DNA of 64,000 nt, taken from NCBI GenBank assembly GCA_030141605.1, contig JAQGDQ010000204.1, positions 310,001-374,000 of the forward strand, written 5' to 3'. The notes under the pieces are model-generated. The model was not told where the DNA came from and made no database searches. It saw nothing but the letters and a program-made list of their open reading frames with translations. The DNA is from Tubiluchus corallicola (lineage: Eukaryota; Animalia; Priapulida). Numbering within the stretch: position 1 is the stretch's first letter; every line of letters starts with the position of its first letter. Both the position numbers and the translations under genes were made by a program. Shown piece by piece: positions 63,749 to 64,000 of this stretch.

Positions 63749-63878
63749 TCAGCAAAGACGTTTCTTGCTCAGTTCATCTGTGATCTCATCAATTTTCCTG
63801 CCTTTAGTTTCCGGGAGATAAACCCAGGTGAAAACACAGAACAGGAACAACAAAACGGCGAATATTAGAAACACGTAC
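63749..63878 (-). CDS. Last coding exon of an SLC2A/GLUT-family facilitated sugar transporter; the rest lies beyond the window
   Basis: Acceptor ttttgtttttcag; YVFLIFAVLLFLFCVFTWVYLPETKGRKIDEITDELSKKRLC*, i.e. TM12 plus the sugar-porter PETKG motif. Absent from the ORF track. Confidence 0.88.
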
Positions 63879-64000
63879 CTGAAAAACAAAACTGAATGTA
63901 ATGGCGCAGTTTTAATGAACTTATATTAAATGGACAAGCTAACTTTTCCCACATTCCAGGCACTTTGAAAATTCTTTCAACTATGTCTGTTGATTGGACA

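Overview
AT-rich, intron-containing genomic DNA from an invertebrate animal; almost all ORFs in the supplied track are spurious, and the real genes appear only after splicing. Four genes are supported. (1) The 3' nine exons of a cytosolic phospholipase A2 (group IV, PLA2G4A-like; + strand, 1-11047). (2) An HDHD3/Reg-2 HAD hydrolase (- strand), with its main exon at 14375-15218 and two small phase-compatible upstream exons that add a presequence-like N-terminus. (3) A complete 341-aa heterotrimeric G-protein beta subunit gene (GNB1-4 class; + strand, CDS 34020-58774). (4) The last exon of an SLC2A/GLUT sugar transporter (- strand, 63749-63878). The main finding is in the G-beta gene, which has two separate exon duplications: a mutually exclusive 64-nt pair (42512-42575 / 42637-42700) and two alternative terminal exons (57905-58011 / 58668-58774), the first with its own poly(A) signal. 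This allows up to four isoforms. From recalled G-beta-gamma structures, the variable residues of both pairs appear to line the same G-gamma C-terminal binding pocket (inference). Introns hold decayed LINEs, a pogo-like element with near-intact TIRs, a three-level nested TE, microsatellites and a candidate RFX/Otx intronic enhancer. Exon boundaries were read by eye from GT-AG sites and frame continuity; no expression data or database searches were available.
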